DNA from: an uncultured bacterium
GTDB taxonomy: Bacteria; UBA8481
Direction of reading: 5' to 3'
Assembly: GCA_964499705.1 (NCBI GenBank)
Contig: CAZCME010000016.1
Span: 62,001-93,881 of the forward strand
DNA length: 31,881 bases
A program made the position numbers and the translations under genes. Below are positions 19,601-24,980 of this stretch, piece by piece (position 1 is the stretch's first letter; each line of letters begins with the position of its first letter). Below the pieces are notes generated by a model, which was given only the letters and a program-made list of their open reading frames with translations, was not told the origin of the DNA and did not search any database.

Positions 19601-21880
19601 TTCGATGCTGTAATTGAAGTTGACCGTCATCTGCCCTGAGGGAAGAACATTCGCGGGGATGGTCGTGACCGTGTAGACACCGCTCTCGACCGTGAAGTTC
19701 TGCTGGTTGAAGGCGAGCGAATACGTCCAGTCCTTGAGATTCGGCACGAGATGCACATGCCAGGTGTAGTCCCCGACCGGTAGATTGTTCCGATTGATGA
19801 TGATCGTTTCGGTCTTGTTCGTGAGCGGAGGCACGGCCGTGTCGCGCACGCCGCCGAACCAGGTTCCGTCCGACGGCCTGATGATGTCGAGGATGACGTC
19901 GACCGTGTCCGTGGTCGTGTACCGGATGACGATCGCCGATGTTCCGGAGCGGGTGGTCGCCAGAGGCGCGCTTACGATCGTGAAGTTCGCCGTGGCCACG
20001 ACGACCGTATCGTAGATATGCGAATCGACGCCCGTGGAAAAATCTCCGCCGATCGGCGCCAGGTGGGCGTGCCAGTAATAGTTGCCGTCAGGAACCGCCG
20101 TGTGGGACCAGGTGATGGTCGCCACTCCGTCCGTGTCGGAGTTGACGGTCTGGCGCGTGCCGGCCACCCAGGTGCCGTCGTCCCGGACGAGATCGAGAAT
20201 GATGTCGGCGTTGCGGTTGGCCTCGTAGGACACCTGCAGCGTGCCCTGGTCGGTATTCGCGACGAGCTGCGGAGCCAGCGTCACGGTGCATTGCCCGGTG
20301 AGAGGACCCGGAACATTCGTGGGGACATTCCATGTCGCCATCGCCTGCGTGTAGTCGCCGCCGATCGGAACGATCCGCACCACGAAGTTGTAATCTCCGG
20401 CGGGCAGCCCGGCGTAGCTGATGTTCTGCACCGTCCACTGGTTCCAGTTCATGATGTACGTCTGGCGGCTCGTCGCGTACCACGTGTTGTCCGTCCTCAC
20501 GAGGTCTATGAGGACGTCCATCGCGGCTTCCGTCGAGAAATTAACGGTGATGCCGGAAGTTCCGGCGTTGTCGATCGTGGAGGGGCCGGTGGCCGAGATG
20601 ATCCACGAATTGGGGATCGCCTGGTAGGCGCGAATCCAGTCGACCTTCATCTGATTCGGCCAGGGAGTGGACCAGTCTGGATTGCCATCGTAGGCGCCGC
20701 CAAGGGCCAGGTTGAGAATCAGGTACATGGGATTGTCGAAAACCCATTCGCCGGGAACGGACCAGCGGTTCGTGTAGTAAAATTGATTGCCGTCGACGAA
20801 GAACGTCAAGCCCCACTGATCCCAGCTCACTTCATAAATGTGATAGGCTTCCGCGAGATTCGTCGCGGGCCAGTAATAACCTGTGATGGGCGTCAGCCCG
20901 GAATAGCCGGGGCCGTGGACCGAAGCCTGGCTGCGCACTCCGTACTGATAGCTCCCGCCCTGTTCCATGATGTCGATTTCACCGCAGTTGGGCCAGGGGA
21001 TTCCCTGCGTATAGTTCCGGCCCAGCATCCAGAACGCGGGCCAGAGGCCGCGACCCAGGGGCGTTGATATGCGAGCCTGGATCTTGCCGTACTGGAAATC
21101 CTTCTTCCACGAAGAGACGATGCGTCCGGATGTATACTGGAATCCCCAGATCCAGTCGTTGTGTCCCTCGAGTATCAAGTCTCCGTTTTCAACCCGGACG
21201 TTGGCCGGATCGGACGTGTAATACTGCCACTCGTTGTTGTGGCCCCAGCCGGTGACATACGACCAGTTGTTCGCGTCCAGGTTGGCGCCGCTGAACTGGT
21301 CCTCAAAGACGAGACGATACGCGGGATCCGAACCAGCGGAGCGGAACTGGATCCAGTTGAGATTGAATCCGCCGCCCATGAGGACGACGACGGTATGAGT
21401 GCCCGCGGAAAGATACACATTGTTGCTGGTCATCGTCGTCCACGATTGCCAGCCGCCGGTGGAAGCGACGTTCATCCTTCCGGTCACGCTCTTTCCGTCG
21501 ATCTGAACGTGAACGTAGGACGTGCCACCGTCGCCGCGGGCCACGCGGAGGTCGATGTCGAAGTTTCCCGCGGTCGCGACGTTGATCGTGTATTTCACCC
21601 ACTCGCCCTCGGTGACGTAGGAGAGATTGGCGCCGCCCTCCCAGCACCATTCGAGATCGACGTCGTCCGTGCGATAGGCGCCGGGAGTGTTGCCGTTGGA
21701 GGAATCCCACCATCCGACATTTTGTCCGCCCGTGTCGTAGTCCTCCGCCTGTATGAGAGCGGGAATATCCACGGTGGCGGCGAGAGCGGAAGACGGAAGG
21801 AGGAAGATGGCGAGGAGCCATGCCGCGCGGCGCATCGGGAGCGAAGTGTCGCGATTTTTCCCCGGTGCGGAAAACCTCAT
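4685..21880 (-). CDS. Giant (5731 aa) secreted multidomain protein: signal peptide, CBM6, GH16 beta-1,3-glucanase-like domain, Ig/FN3-like repeats, parallel beta-helix, ZU5-like domain, FlgD-Ig/T9SS-like C-terminal domain
   Basis: Single uninterrupted ORF. Signal peptide RRAAWLLAIFLLPSSALA-A. CBM6-like IQAEDYD..GEWVKY..TGGWQSW..FNLNWIQF (~21344-21769). GH16 WPAFWMLG..GEIDIME (EIDIME at 20963-20980). About 33 FN3-like modules ending Y.WR..A.D..GN. Beta-helix ~13680-15690. C-terminus VYPNP..IQVYDAAGRLV..WDGRNDDGRELASGMY..KIMIVR. Alternative start ATG 21835. Confidence 0.9.
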   Translation of the reverse strand: MRFSAPGKNRDTSLPMRRAAWLLAIFLLPSSALAATVDIPALIQAEDYDTGGQNVGWWDSSNGNTPGAYRTDDVDLEWCWEGGANLSYVTEGEWVKYTINVATAGNFDIDLRVARGDGGTSYVHVQIDGKSVTGRMNVASTGGWQSWTTMTSNNVYLSAGTHTVVVLMGGGFNLNWIQFRSAGSDPAYRLVFEDQFSGANLDANNWSYVTGWGHNNEWQYYTSDPANVRVENGDLILEGHNDWIWGFQYTSGRIVSSWKKDFQYGKIQARISTPLGRGLWPAFWMLGRNYTQGIPWPNCGEIDIMEQGGSYQYGVRSQASVHGPGYSGLTPITGYYWPATNLAEAYHIYEVSWDQWGLTFFVDGNQFYYTNRWSVPGEWVFDNPMYLILNLALGGAYDGNPDWSTPWPNQMKVDWIRAYQAIPNSWIISATGPSTIDNAGTSGITVNFSTEAAMDVLIDLVRTDNTWYATSRQTYIMNWNQWTVQNISYAGLPAGDYNFVVRIVPIGGDYTQAMATWNVPTNVPGPLTGQCTVTLAPQLVANTDQGTLQVSYEANRNADIILDLVRDDGTWVAGTRQTVNSDTDGVATITWSHTAVPDGNYYWHAHLAPIGGDFSTGVDSHIYDTVVVATANFTIVSAPLATTRSGTSAIVIRYTTTDTVDVILDIIRPSDGTWFGGVRDTAVPPLTNKTETIIINRNNLPVGDYTWHVHLVPNLKDWTYSLAFNQQNFTVESGVYTVTTIPANVLPSGQMTVNFNYSIERAMDMMVDVLNLSDTWYAGGRKTLTPGNNLADNITFAYSALPPDSYSFHCHLVPVGGAFNYSIRDTYPGFNVHSGFDSFEILSSASGYYYSQPPVAATANGTDTVWYNPTGAGSNQTDTIIADVHFTTESAVFGSSAYIDIQTSDSGVGRETFSLVYRIPADSGSRTISIRAVDASRGYDTANIRFQVDTIPPLAMTLVLPDSGRVIGGETVNFEWNFTTDTMAGMSHYRIQIDTSVTFAQPIIDSFSGNNTIGKKALPGSDTYFWRVVAVDNVGNTTASSFRTVIIDTSVAQDVTSPTAFSLTSPFSGEETNIASVLFRWSTAYDSSAPIVYRLIIDTDLVPPYMYDLNGLTDTFRLQALPGNDTYQWRVIASDALSNSTQIGDSLFVLDTMPPLVSRPVTPLGGIFLTSPVSMEWEISSDSLTGLQRYRVQADSTGVFTGPLEVDTSSYVAADTVMTFDRTGRYYWRVLTYDKAGNIGISTSPIDSFHVYIPETAAPAPANPTSPLHAHETRASTILFRWQEASDSTPPISYRILLDTDLAGSYIIDTTVDTNFVTLKLPGNDTFLWRIIARDAINNSVTYGDSRILIDTRPPTLPALVSPRADTLVLSPVTLDWNASADSLTGFLRYKLQIDTLGTFTGVLVADSWQATPDTTLAFAYIGRYYWRVIAEDRVGNTATTASDSFYVYSPETAPPTGIGLVSPAHVSETRVLAVNFTWSAGSDSTPPISYRIIVDTDMSGSFIHDSTIWNRYNAILPLAANDSYLWRITATDALGNSVTVGDSRVVIDTTPPTAVTLNSPINDTISLSTVSLDWTAATDALSGLRRYRLMVNDIANFTADTLSVDTYLISPDTSITLPLLGQYFWTVITEDDAGNTTTVNTETFRVYSPESSPPESVQMILPAPWSATRMDSVWFRWSAGGDSTPPMTYRLIVDTDMVLPYVVDTTVTQVFVLEHLPANDTYRWRIIAADALGNSAAFGDSYFLLDTAPPSRPVLVKPVAGIETYGQVVFDWNASSDSLSGIYRYRIQVDTLGTFTGVKAADSYMILPDTAMTLRIDTYFWRVIAEDSAGNTETSVTDTFRNRIVPDTPVLDAIAFSTNTRFYDSVPIDTGVAGDTVWFAADSMHIAMTVAFSATIRDSMEVGPIFDSGAQTDASNPYQAFFAIRAAHASTDTWTTVTVRSTQYIADTLILRFRPDTIPPDSVTLISPRGESVPVTPAFSWTASCDSQSGISSYRLEVSGTSDFSAIVDWATTSHPDTDVSLFFPLADSTYYWRVLAYDSVGNKMMSGLHVETFLVQQGFDTANPNIWYVNDASLAGDTYTLAVGSSANNGLTRTSPKRYLNDLEGKLTAGDTVYVDVGSYAEPDTFDIDTQCWIIGADSQTTLLNFGDSTTNSKGVKLNAAGISISNFGIKDAFFAVFINHVDSCIVSRIEGRNSNAGILMTDFCEGNRVENCYFHHNGWVGIYVAAASQNTLYGNHVHDHANQGILLDWSSDRNRLTGNNSHWNTLANIEITGGSDSNWCDSNITYGGGQEGFKVANSDSNICEYNTSNGNTWGAFAVGGTAKQNIFYANRVPQNNDQGFYIAGGAGNVFDSNILEQIGTDGFYVLSDSTTLRRNSVNIAANEGFDLDGPNYCFLDSNVVIKATNYGFFLRNNADSNTLRYSQVDSTTATDAIKIESSAYNYIYKCLSTASASGAFSLVTNAHHNTISTCTSTRDVIGIWASGGGNNTYDNIRMYFPTWRALSVSGNGDSFLSCLITGGSNNGFYLDGPGGAANNLLRQNQIQYMAWAGIEVVGSGGNRLESNTVYGGSADGILLRDTSGSNSLIGNRSIRNTNGFRLDTYCTNNRVVQNLAETNTQHGFRILNGSDSCLLVSNTARGNSYSGFTFRNSNRCTFLANTCDSNGTHGVSVESSVASIWIEKNNILLGGSYGANAEIVALNFSRTWWGTTDSVQIRNRITGQQANRAVYQPFRLGIIDSALTADTTAPNPPDTVAAAAMTESTIEISWSAASGSEEPEAAAGLNGYRVYSSRTRDTSYWALLAQVAAGVDRLTDSNLAIGDTRYYRVSSMDAAPFVNESDYSDSQPGARTTHETVPPSAFTLSLPVHGTETKNVVLVFRWTPATDSSNPVTYRLIIDTDMAGTYVLDTTVIDSAVVARLRAGDTYFWRVIAADSYGTARQVGDSRVLIDTAPPTAPGLLLPAGGAETSQTSIAFTWTASTDVLTRVTNYQLQAATDALFASIAADSANGVATTGTLSLPGSRTYYWRVIAYDAAGNSETSASTTILVDTAAPVPGAMTSPSDGYETKSASIRFLWSSAWDSHAGVAGYRLQVDTEGNFTDLVSDSATGTETSGWLTLPANDTYRWRVLVMDDAGNTAALAPRLLVIDTLPPVAGLLSLPADGSETNVTTVFFSWIAGYDSHSGLSAYRLQVDTDADFAGLIVDSSTGPATTGSRTLPANDTYQWRILLVDDAGNTSAVAPRVIVVDTAPPAIPLLFAPAELAETSSVSVWFDWIASADSLSGVNRYRIQVDSAGTFSGTLAADTIIIGATETGLALAEGVWYWRVTAIDDAENISATDTARRVLVDRTLPLFLSLGITSTPFLYFSEAGGIDTGVREDTIYFNANGGGSGQIDTVLVTASGADHAVFPTIFNGINTTDTVLPFLTAFTIAGGTADTTMSVQIGDTAGNLDTYLLHWIRDFTAPPAVALTSPANGQVQGDSTPTLSWLASVDTQAGTRGYVVQVSANAPFTSLLEDSFEYALTHNIMALPDSTYFWRVIPYDSCGMVDTASATVWSFTVDSRIPRISAITIVSSAPLFFFDDTPVTPGAVADTVWYNPTGAGAGQIDTITLHLEDDNESQAIGSAAYTAVQLTDSGFNRDSYNLIYQIPLDSPSQSLTFSVFDILGFQDTSYVRFEMDTAGPTAAIPTTPAAWHETSSITFSLTWSASVDTGAGLREYRLQIDTDAVWSGVVLESSTALSTSGTVTLPANDTYVWRILSIDRVSNSTPGDSRYFIIDTAPPLLTSPIAPIDGTGTNAVSIAFSWSASSDSLAGISLYRIQIDTDGNFIDMVTDSATGLSTSATLTLLPNDTYRWRVIAVDGAGNWTASAPFRLVIDTAPPSTFALQLPLHAIETTSVTTTFRWSAASDSNLPVSYRLIIDTDLAVGYVVDTTVFDLEEICSLPANDTYLWRVLAMDTIGNIRTIGDSRLVIDTASPTQSAIISPKNGETHLVGSVVTLDWNASSDSISGFRRYRIQVDTTGSFAGTLAMDTYQATADTTVAFARDSYFWRIIAEDDLGNSSISSTETFFVVLSPDTTLPDSFNLLLPAGATETAAAGFWFRWTASADSTLPLSYRLIVDTDMAGGFVIDTTVSDTEEYVRVPANDTYLWRVIATDLASNSRIVGDSSFTVDTLPPTFPTILSPLTGETRTVGPVSLDWNASGDSISGFRRYRIQIDTTGSFTGTLAVDSYQAVPDTTVTLAIEHYYWHVVAEDDLGNTSSSSTETFRVETTLDTTAPLSFTMLSPVAGHETAAKAFWFRWSASADSNPGITYRLIVDTDMAGSFIVDTTVADTEEYLDLYANDTFLWRVLAIDTSLNSRAAGDSTFAIDTRPPTLATLAGPLTNETRTVGPVTFDWNASSDSLSGFRRYRIQVDLTGTFAGALLIDSYQSSPDSTFTLAIDTYHWRVIAEDELGNAAATSAETFRVVTTIDTTAPLPFTLLEPVNGMETTATAFWFRWSTSTDSNPGITYRLIVDTDMAGSFIVDTTVADSEEYVRVPTNDTFYWRVLAIDTSLNSQTAGDSSFAVDSRGPTISTLVAPINSETRTAGTPVTLDWNAASDSIAGVFRYRIQVDTTGLFTGTLAVDSYQAAPDTVVTFAGDTYFWRIIAIDDLANTTASTVDSFRVLASPDTTAPAAFTLLYPASLTETTATATWFRWTISSDSSLPITYRLILDAAIGGNSFVDTTVADTEEYILLPANDTYLWRVIASDAFGNSRNVGDSSIAVDTTSPLIPTLVDPTAEETRALGTPFTLDWNASSDSIAGFFRYRLQIDTSGSFAGPLVIDSFQPSADTTLLLVAATYFWRVTAFDDLGLASVSVPESFRVVAPAETIPPTAFTLLTPANPTETAAASFWFRWSAALDSSPPVSYRLIIDTDMAGAFVVDTTVSDTEEYVRVPANDTYLWRIVAGDSLGNSRTVGDSSFVVDTAPPAAALPVDPTAGETRTTVLVLLDWNSSSDSISGFRRYHLQVDTTGLFAGLMAVDSYLATPDTSVTLAKDTWYWRVIAEDDLGNWIASATESFRIITDPETAPPDSFALLLPAGGHETTAVVLTFRWADAYDSTPPVMYRLIVDTDMAGGFVIDTTVSDTVVVVRLPANDTWRWRVIATDLLGNSRSMGDSSLLIDTAPPLAATINSPRNGARVFSTFVMDWNAASDSLSGLNRYRLQVDTSGLFAAAKSADSYQLSPDTTLTLKLDTYFWRIVAEDDLGNTSSSSIESFVVYAPDTAPPVFLSAVAAPATVTNDTRTTVTFTVNVTDSSSVSSVLLNLLPIGAAESTAFTYAGGTTWTLLANFETTVTGGIYNLRVTAIDAANNPGSTTVSVTVLDVSPTMAGIVDSPLMSLTASGNALSIMSGLADSFVVVRYEYRSVDSGWMLIHIDTVSPFWGIYWDISGLSDGDYDVRAVATNSSGQTDPNPTTLRVKIDNDSFTVREYETDSLHIRRQLISPDTSSVILIADGGTELNIPGGAVSESVWIRAEVWDTIPSSAFIPAGMSVPGRGTFRVFVREDGKRTFDENIVIALPYDDTDPWGDKVGGTDIEEKNLAVYHWDEYLKTWVKEEDFWIDWARNVACARVKHFTLFAVLVGQPVAANLSSVIVYPNPYVPYDNVDKNGKVFNSTDPSSGILFDSLTSQATIQVYDAAGRLVSTMSKNSNEGRYQWDGRNDDGRELASGMYVVVIKSASEVAIRKIMIVR
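6095..10255 (-). repeat. Seven tandem A/B FN3-like module pairs (~594-600 bp period) inside the giant gene
   Basis: Modules alternate between type A (YRLIVDTDMAG..PANDTYLWR) and type B (WNASSDS.SG.RRYRIQVDT.G.F.G..YFWR..AEDDLGN). 8281-8400 matches 8875-8994 at 112/120 nt, offset 594. Confidence 0.88.
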
Positions 21881-22980
21881 CTCGCGGCAGGCCCTGTCGA
21901 TTCCCTGATCACCATCTTCGCCGGTTCAATGATGCCGGGCGTATTGTCCCCCGGTTCCCACTCCCCGTGGCGGAATCCCTCGATGACATCCAGCAGGATG
22001 CGAGCCGCGCCTGATCCCATGTCCCGGAGCGGCTGGCGAACGGTCGTCAGGGAAGGACTGATGTAGGACGCCATCTCGCAGTCGTCGAAACCGACGACGG
22101 AGACATCGCCCGGGACGCGCAGTCCGGAGTCCACGAGCGCTCTGATCGAACCGAAGGCCAGCTCGTCGGTGGCGCAGAAAATGGAAGTGAATTCCTGGCG
22201 TCCGGCGAGGAGCTGCTTTGTCTTTTCGTATCCTTCCTGGAGATGATTGGATGCGTGGGGAGGCCGTTCCAGGAATGCCAGCGCCTCCGGATTCGCGATC
22301 CCGTTCTTTCTTAACGCCGCCTGGTGGATTTCATAACGCTCACGGAGGCTTTCGTTGTTCAGGTTCCCTCCGAGAAATGCGATTCGTCGATGTCCGAGGC
22401 TCGCCAGATGATTCATGGCCATCTCGGCTCCGGACCGGTTATCCACATCGACAAATCGAACTTTGCCGCCCATCCGGTTATTGATGATGACACAGGGAAA
22501 ATGATCCTCTTCGAGTTGGTGGATGTAATGGCTCTGATCGTTCGAAAGCAGAATCACGGCGCCGTCGATCGCGGTCTCTCGGAGGTAGCTTGTGAGACCA
22601 CGCTCGCGGATGCGTGGTTGATCGAAGGAGAAGACTTCGAGCGAGAGGCCATTCTGATCGGCGAAACTGGAGACGCCTCCGATGACTTCGGCGACGTAGG
22701 GAGTCATCGCGGGTGAGGGAGTGGAATATTCAAGGAGGACTCCGATCGTGGGAGCGCGATCGATGCCGCCGCGCCGAGGGACGTAGGAGAGACGCTTCAT
22801 ACAGGCGAGCACTTCTCGGCGGGTCTCGGGGGAGACACTGGAGCGATTGTTGAGGACTCGCGAGACGGTGGCGATCGATACGCCGGCCGCTTTCGCGATC
22901 TGGTAGATGTTATAGCCTGTTCGGATGGGAGTCGGAGCGGAATCGCGCCATTTGAGTGCGGTGGAATCTTCCGGTCTCAT
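21877..22980 (-). CDS. LacI-family transcriptional regulator
   Basis: HTH NIYQIAKAAGVSIATVSRVLN. Effector domain VDVDNRSGA, LGHRRIAFL, IFCATDELAFG, VPGDVSVVGFDD, PSLTTVRQP, IRES. Start is uncertain: ATG 22980 has AAGGAG about 13 nt upstream, and the ORF is open to 23061. Stop overlaps the giant-gene ATG (ATGA). Confidence 0.93.
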   Translation of the reverse strand: MRPEDSTALKWRDSAPTPIRTGYNIYQIAKAAGVSIATVSRVLNNRSSVSPETRREVLACMKRLSYVPRRGGIDRAPTIGVLLEYSTPSPAMTPYVAEVIGGVSSFADQNGLSLEVFSFDQPRIRERGLTSYLRETAIDGAVILLSNDQSHYIHQLEEDHFPCVIINNRMGGKVRFVDVDNRSGAEMAMNHLASLGHRRIAFLGGNLNNESLRERYEIHQAALRKNGIANPEALAFLERPPHASNHLQEGYEKTKQLLAGRQEFTSIFCATDELAFGSIRALVDSGLRVPGDVSVVGFDDCEMASYISPSLTTVRQPLRDMGSGAARILLDVIEGFRHGEWEPGDNTPGIIEPAKMVIRESTGPAAR

Positions 22981-23101
22981 TCTTCGCCCGCTTCTCCTTC
23001 TTCGCCCGATACCTAGGCGAATTTCAGGATGTGTCTCCACTTTCGCGGAAAGGAACATCACTCCGAACTCGTTGTGCGAGAGGTGCCGCGTATAAGCTAC
23101 A

Positions 23102-23132
23102 TATCTTACGTAAGATGATCTTACGTAAGATA
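23102..23132. promoter_or_regulatory. Tandem perfect palindromes, putative operator of the adjacent LacI-family repressor
   Basis: ATCTTACGTAAGAT at 23103-23116 and again at 23118-23131. Each is a perfect 14-bp palindrome with central CG, and 23102-23132 is itself symmetric around G23117. Confidence 0.8.
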
Positions 23133-23158
23133 ATGGCTCGGCTCTGGCGGGAAATCAA
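23130..23158 (-). promoter_or_regulatory. Putative sigma70-type promoter for the lacI/giant-gene unit
   Basis: Minus strand TTGATT (23158-23153), 17 nt, CATTAT (23135-23130). The -10 box and predicted start site overlap the palindromes. Confidence 0.45.
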
Positions 23159-23331
23159 CAGCTTATTTCAATTATTTTATGGATGCTAGAGATGAGTATG
23201 AATTTATGCACAAATTGTGGAGGTTATTGTATGAAAAAGAACGGCTCAGGGCTCCTGCTCGATTACGGGGACGGCAAGATTCTCCGCAAACTAGCGCCGC
23301 GATTTCCCGCCTCTATGTTATGGTTTCACCT

Positions 23332-24024
23332 ATGACATACTCCGCTCCCACGATCCTTGTCCGCAATCTGCACAAGTCCTTTCCGCTCCCGGATGGACGC
23401 CGGCTCGAGATTCTCCGAGGAGTCTCCCTCATGGTGTCCCGGAGCGAATCGCTCGCCATCATGGGCACGAGCGGTTCTGGAAAGACGACGCTCCTCAACA
23501 TCCTTGCCGGCATCGATGCGGCGGATTCCGGAGAAGTGACCGTGGAGGGAGGCGTGGCAACGAGCGGCGTTGTTTCCGAGGAGGCCCGCACGATAGATTC
23601 CAAGGGGCGTCCCGGACTCGTCTTCCAGCTCCATTGTCTCCTCCCGGAATTCTCCGCCATGGAGAATGTCGCCATTGCCGCCCGCATCCAGGGGGCTCCT
23701 CGCGCCGCCGCCGAATCCAGGGCCCGCGCGCTCCTGGATGAAGTCGGCCTCACCTCGCGCGCCGAGCATCTTCCCTCGGAACTTTCAGGCGGAGAATCCG
23801 CGCGTGTTGCGATGGCCCGGGCGCTCGTTACGGATCCCGCCGTCATACTGGCCGACGAACCGACGGGCAATCTCGATGAGGAAACATCCACGACTGTCCA
23901 GGATCTCCTGTTCGGTCTCGTGGCTCGCCACGCGAGGAGCCTGGTGATCGTCACGCACGATCCCGGAGTTGCCGCCCGCGCGCAAAGAACCCTGAAACTT
24001 GAACATGGAGTATTGAAAGGATAG
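23332..24024 (+). CDS. lolD: ABC transporter ATP-binding protein, LolD family
   Basis: VRNLHKSF..LEILRGVSL, Walker A GTSGSGKTT, LVFQLHCLLPEFSAMENV, HLPSELSGGE, ILADEPTGNLD, IVTHD. The ORF-track extension from 23179 is AT-rich and not LolD-like, so the start is placed at ATG 23332. Confidence 0.85.
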   Translation: MTYSAPTILVRNLHKSFPLPDGRRLEILRGVSLMVSRSESLAIMGTSGSGKTTLLNILAGIDAADSGEVTVEGGVATSGVVSEEARTIDSKGRPGLVFQLHCLLPEFSAMENVAIAARIQGAPRAAAESRARALLDEVGLTSRAEHLPSELSGGESARVAMARALVTDPAVILADEPTGNLDEETSTTVQDLLFGLVARHARSLVIVTHDPGVAARAQRTLKLEHGVLKG

Positions 24025-24072
24025 AGTTTTCGAAATGGCGCTGCAGCAGAAGCCGCTTCAAAACCAGGTGCG

Positions 24073-24945
24073 ATGATGAAACAGATTTACATAGACGGGA
24101 CGTTCTACGAGGAAAAGGACGCGAAGATCAGCGTCTTTGACCATGGGCTTTTGTACGGCGACGGAGTCTTCGAGGGAATCCGCGCGTATGACGGGCTCTG
24201 CTTCTGTCTCGATGAGCATATCGAGCGGCTCTTCAATTCCGCGCGCGCGATTGCGCTCGATATCCCCGTTTCCCGCGAGGAGTTCGCGGAGATCATCCTC
24301 GAGACGCTCCGGCGCAACGAGCTTCCGAGCGGATATGTCCGCCCGATCGTGACGCGGGGCGTCGGCGACCTGGGACTTGATCCGCGCAAATGCCCGAAAC
24401 CGACGATCATCGTGATTGCCGACAAGCTGACCCTCTATCCGGATGATTTCTACAGGAACGGTCTTGAGATCGCCATTGTCGCCACGCGCCGCAACATCGC
24501 CACGGCTCTTTCGCCCCAGATCAAGTCTCTCAATTACCTGAACAACATCCTCGCCCGGCTGGAGGTCAATCGCATGGGTGTCGGCGAAGGGCTCATGCTG
24601 AACGCGGAGGGATACATCGCGGAAGCGACGGCCGACAACATCTTCATCGTGAGGAAGGGCATGATCGAAACGCCCGCGGTTCATTGCGGAGCGCTTCCCG
24701 GGATCACGCGCGGCTGCGCGATCGAACTGGCGCGGGGAGCCGGCCTTCCGGTCCACGAGGGCAACATCACTTCCTACGATCTGTATACCGCCGATGAATG
24801 TTTCCTCACCGGCACGGGCGCCGAGATCGTTCCCGTTCGCGCGGTCGAGGGACGTCCGATCGGCACGGGCAAGCCGGGGCCGATCACGTGCCGCCTGCTG
24901 GACCTCTTCCGCGAACTCACGAAGACTCGCGGACGCCGGTTCTAG
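24073..24945 (+). CDS. ilvE: Branched-chain amino acid aminotransferase
   Basis: AKISVFDHGLLYGDGVFEGIRAY, YVRPIVTRGVGDLGLDP, PLP lysine in IKSLNYLNN, EATADNIF, LPGITR, ADECFLTGTGAEIVPV. AGGTG RBS upstream. Confidence 0.96.
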   Translation: MMKQIYIDGTFYEEKDAKISVFDHGLLYGDGVFEGIRAYDGLCFCLDEHIERLFNSARAIALDIPVSREEFAEIILETLRRNELPSGYVRPIVTRGVGDLGLDPRKCPKPTIIVIADKLTLYPDDFYRNGLEIAIVATRRNIATALSPQIKSLNYLNNILARLEVNRMGVGEGLMLNAEGYIAEATADNIFIVRKGMIETPAVHCGALPGITRGCAIELARGAGLPVHEGNITSYDLYTADECFLTGTGAEIVPVRAVEGRPIGTGKPGPITCRLLDLFRELTKTRGRRF

Positions 24946-24980
24946 CCGGTCGACGACGGCCGACTGCCGGGAATTGACTC

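Noticed and set aside
23179-23331. N-terminal extension of the LolD ORF
   Set aside because: AT-rich intergenic-like sequence. LolD similarity begins only near MTYSAPTILVRNLHKSF at 23332.
24946-24975. GC-rich possible hairpin between ilvE and mcsA
   Set aside because: Short imperfect stem with no clean U-tract, compatible with chance in GC-rich DNA.
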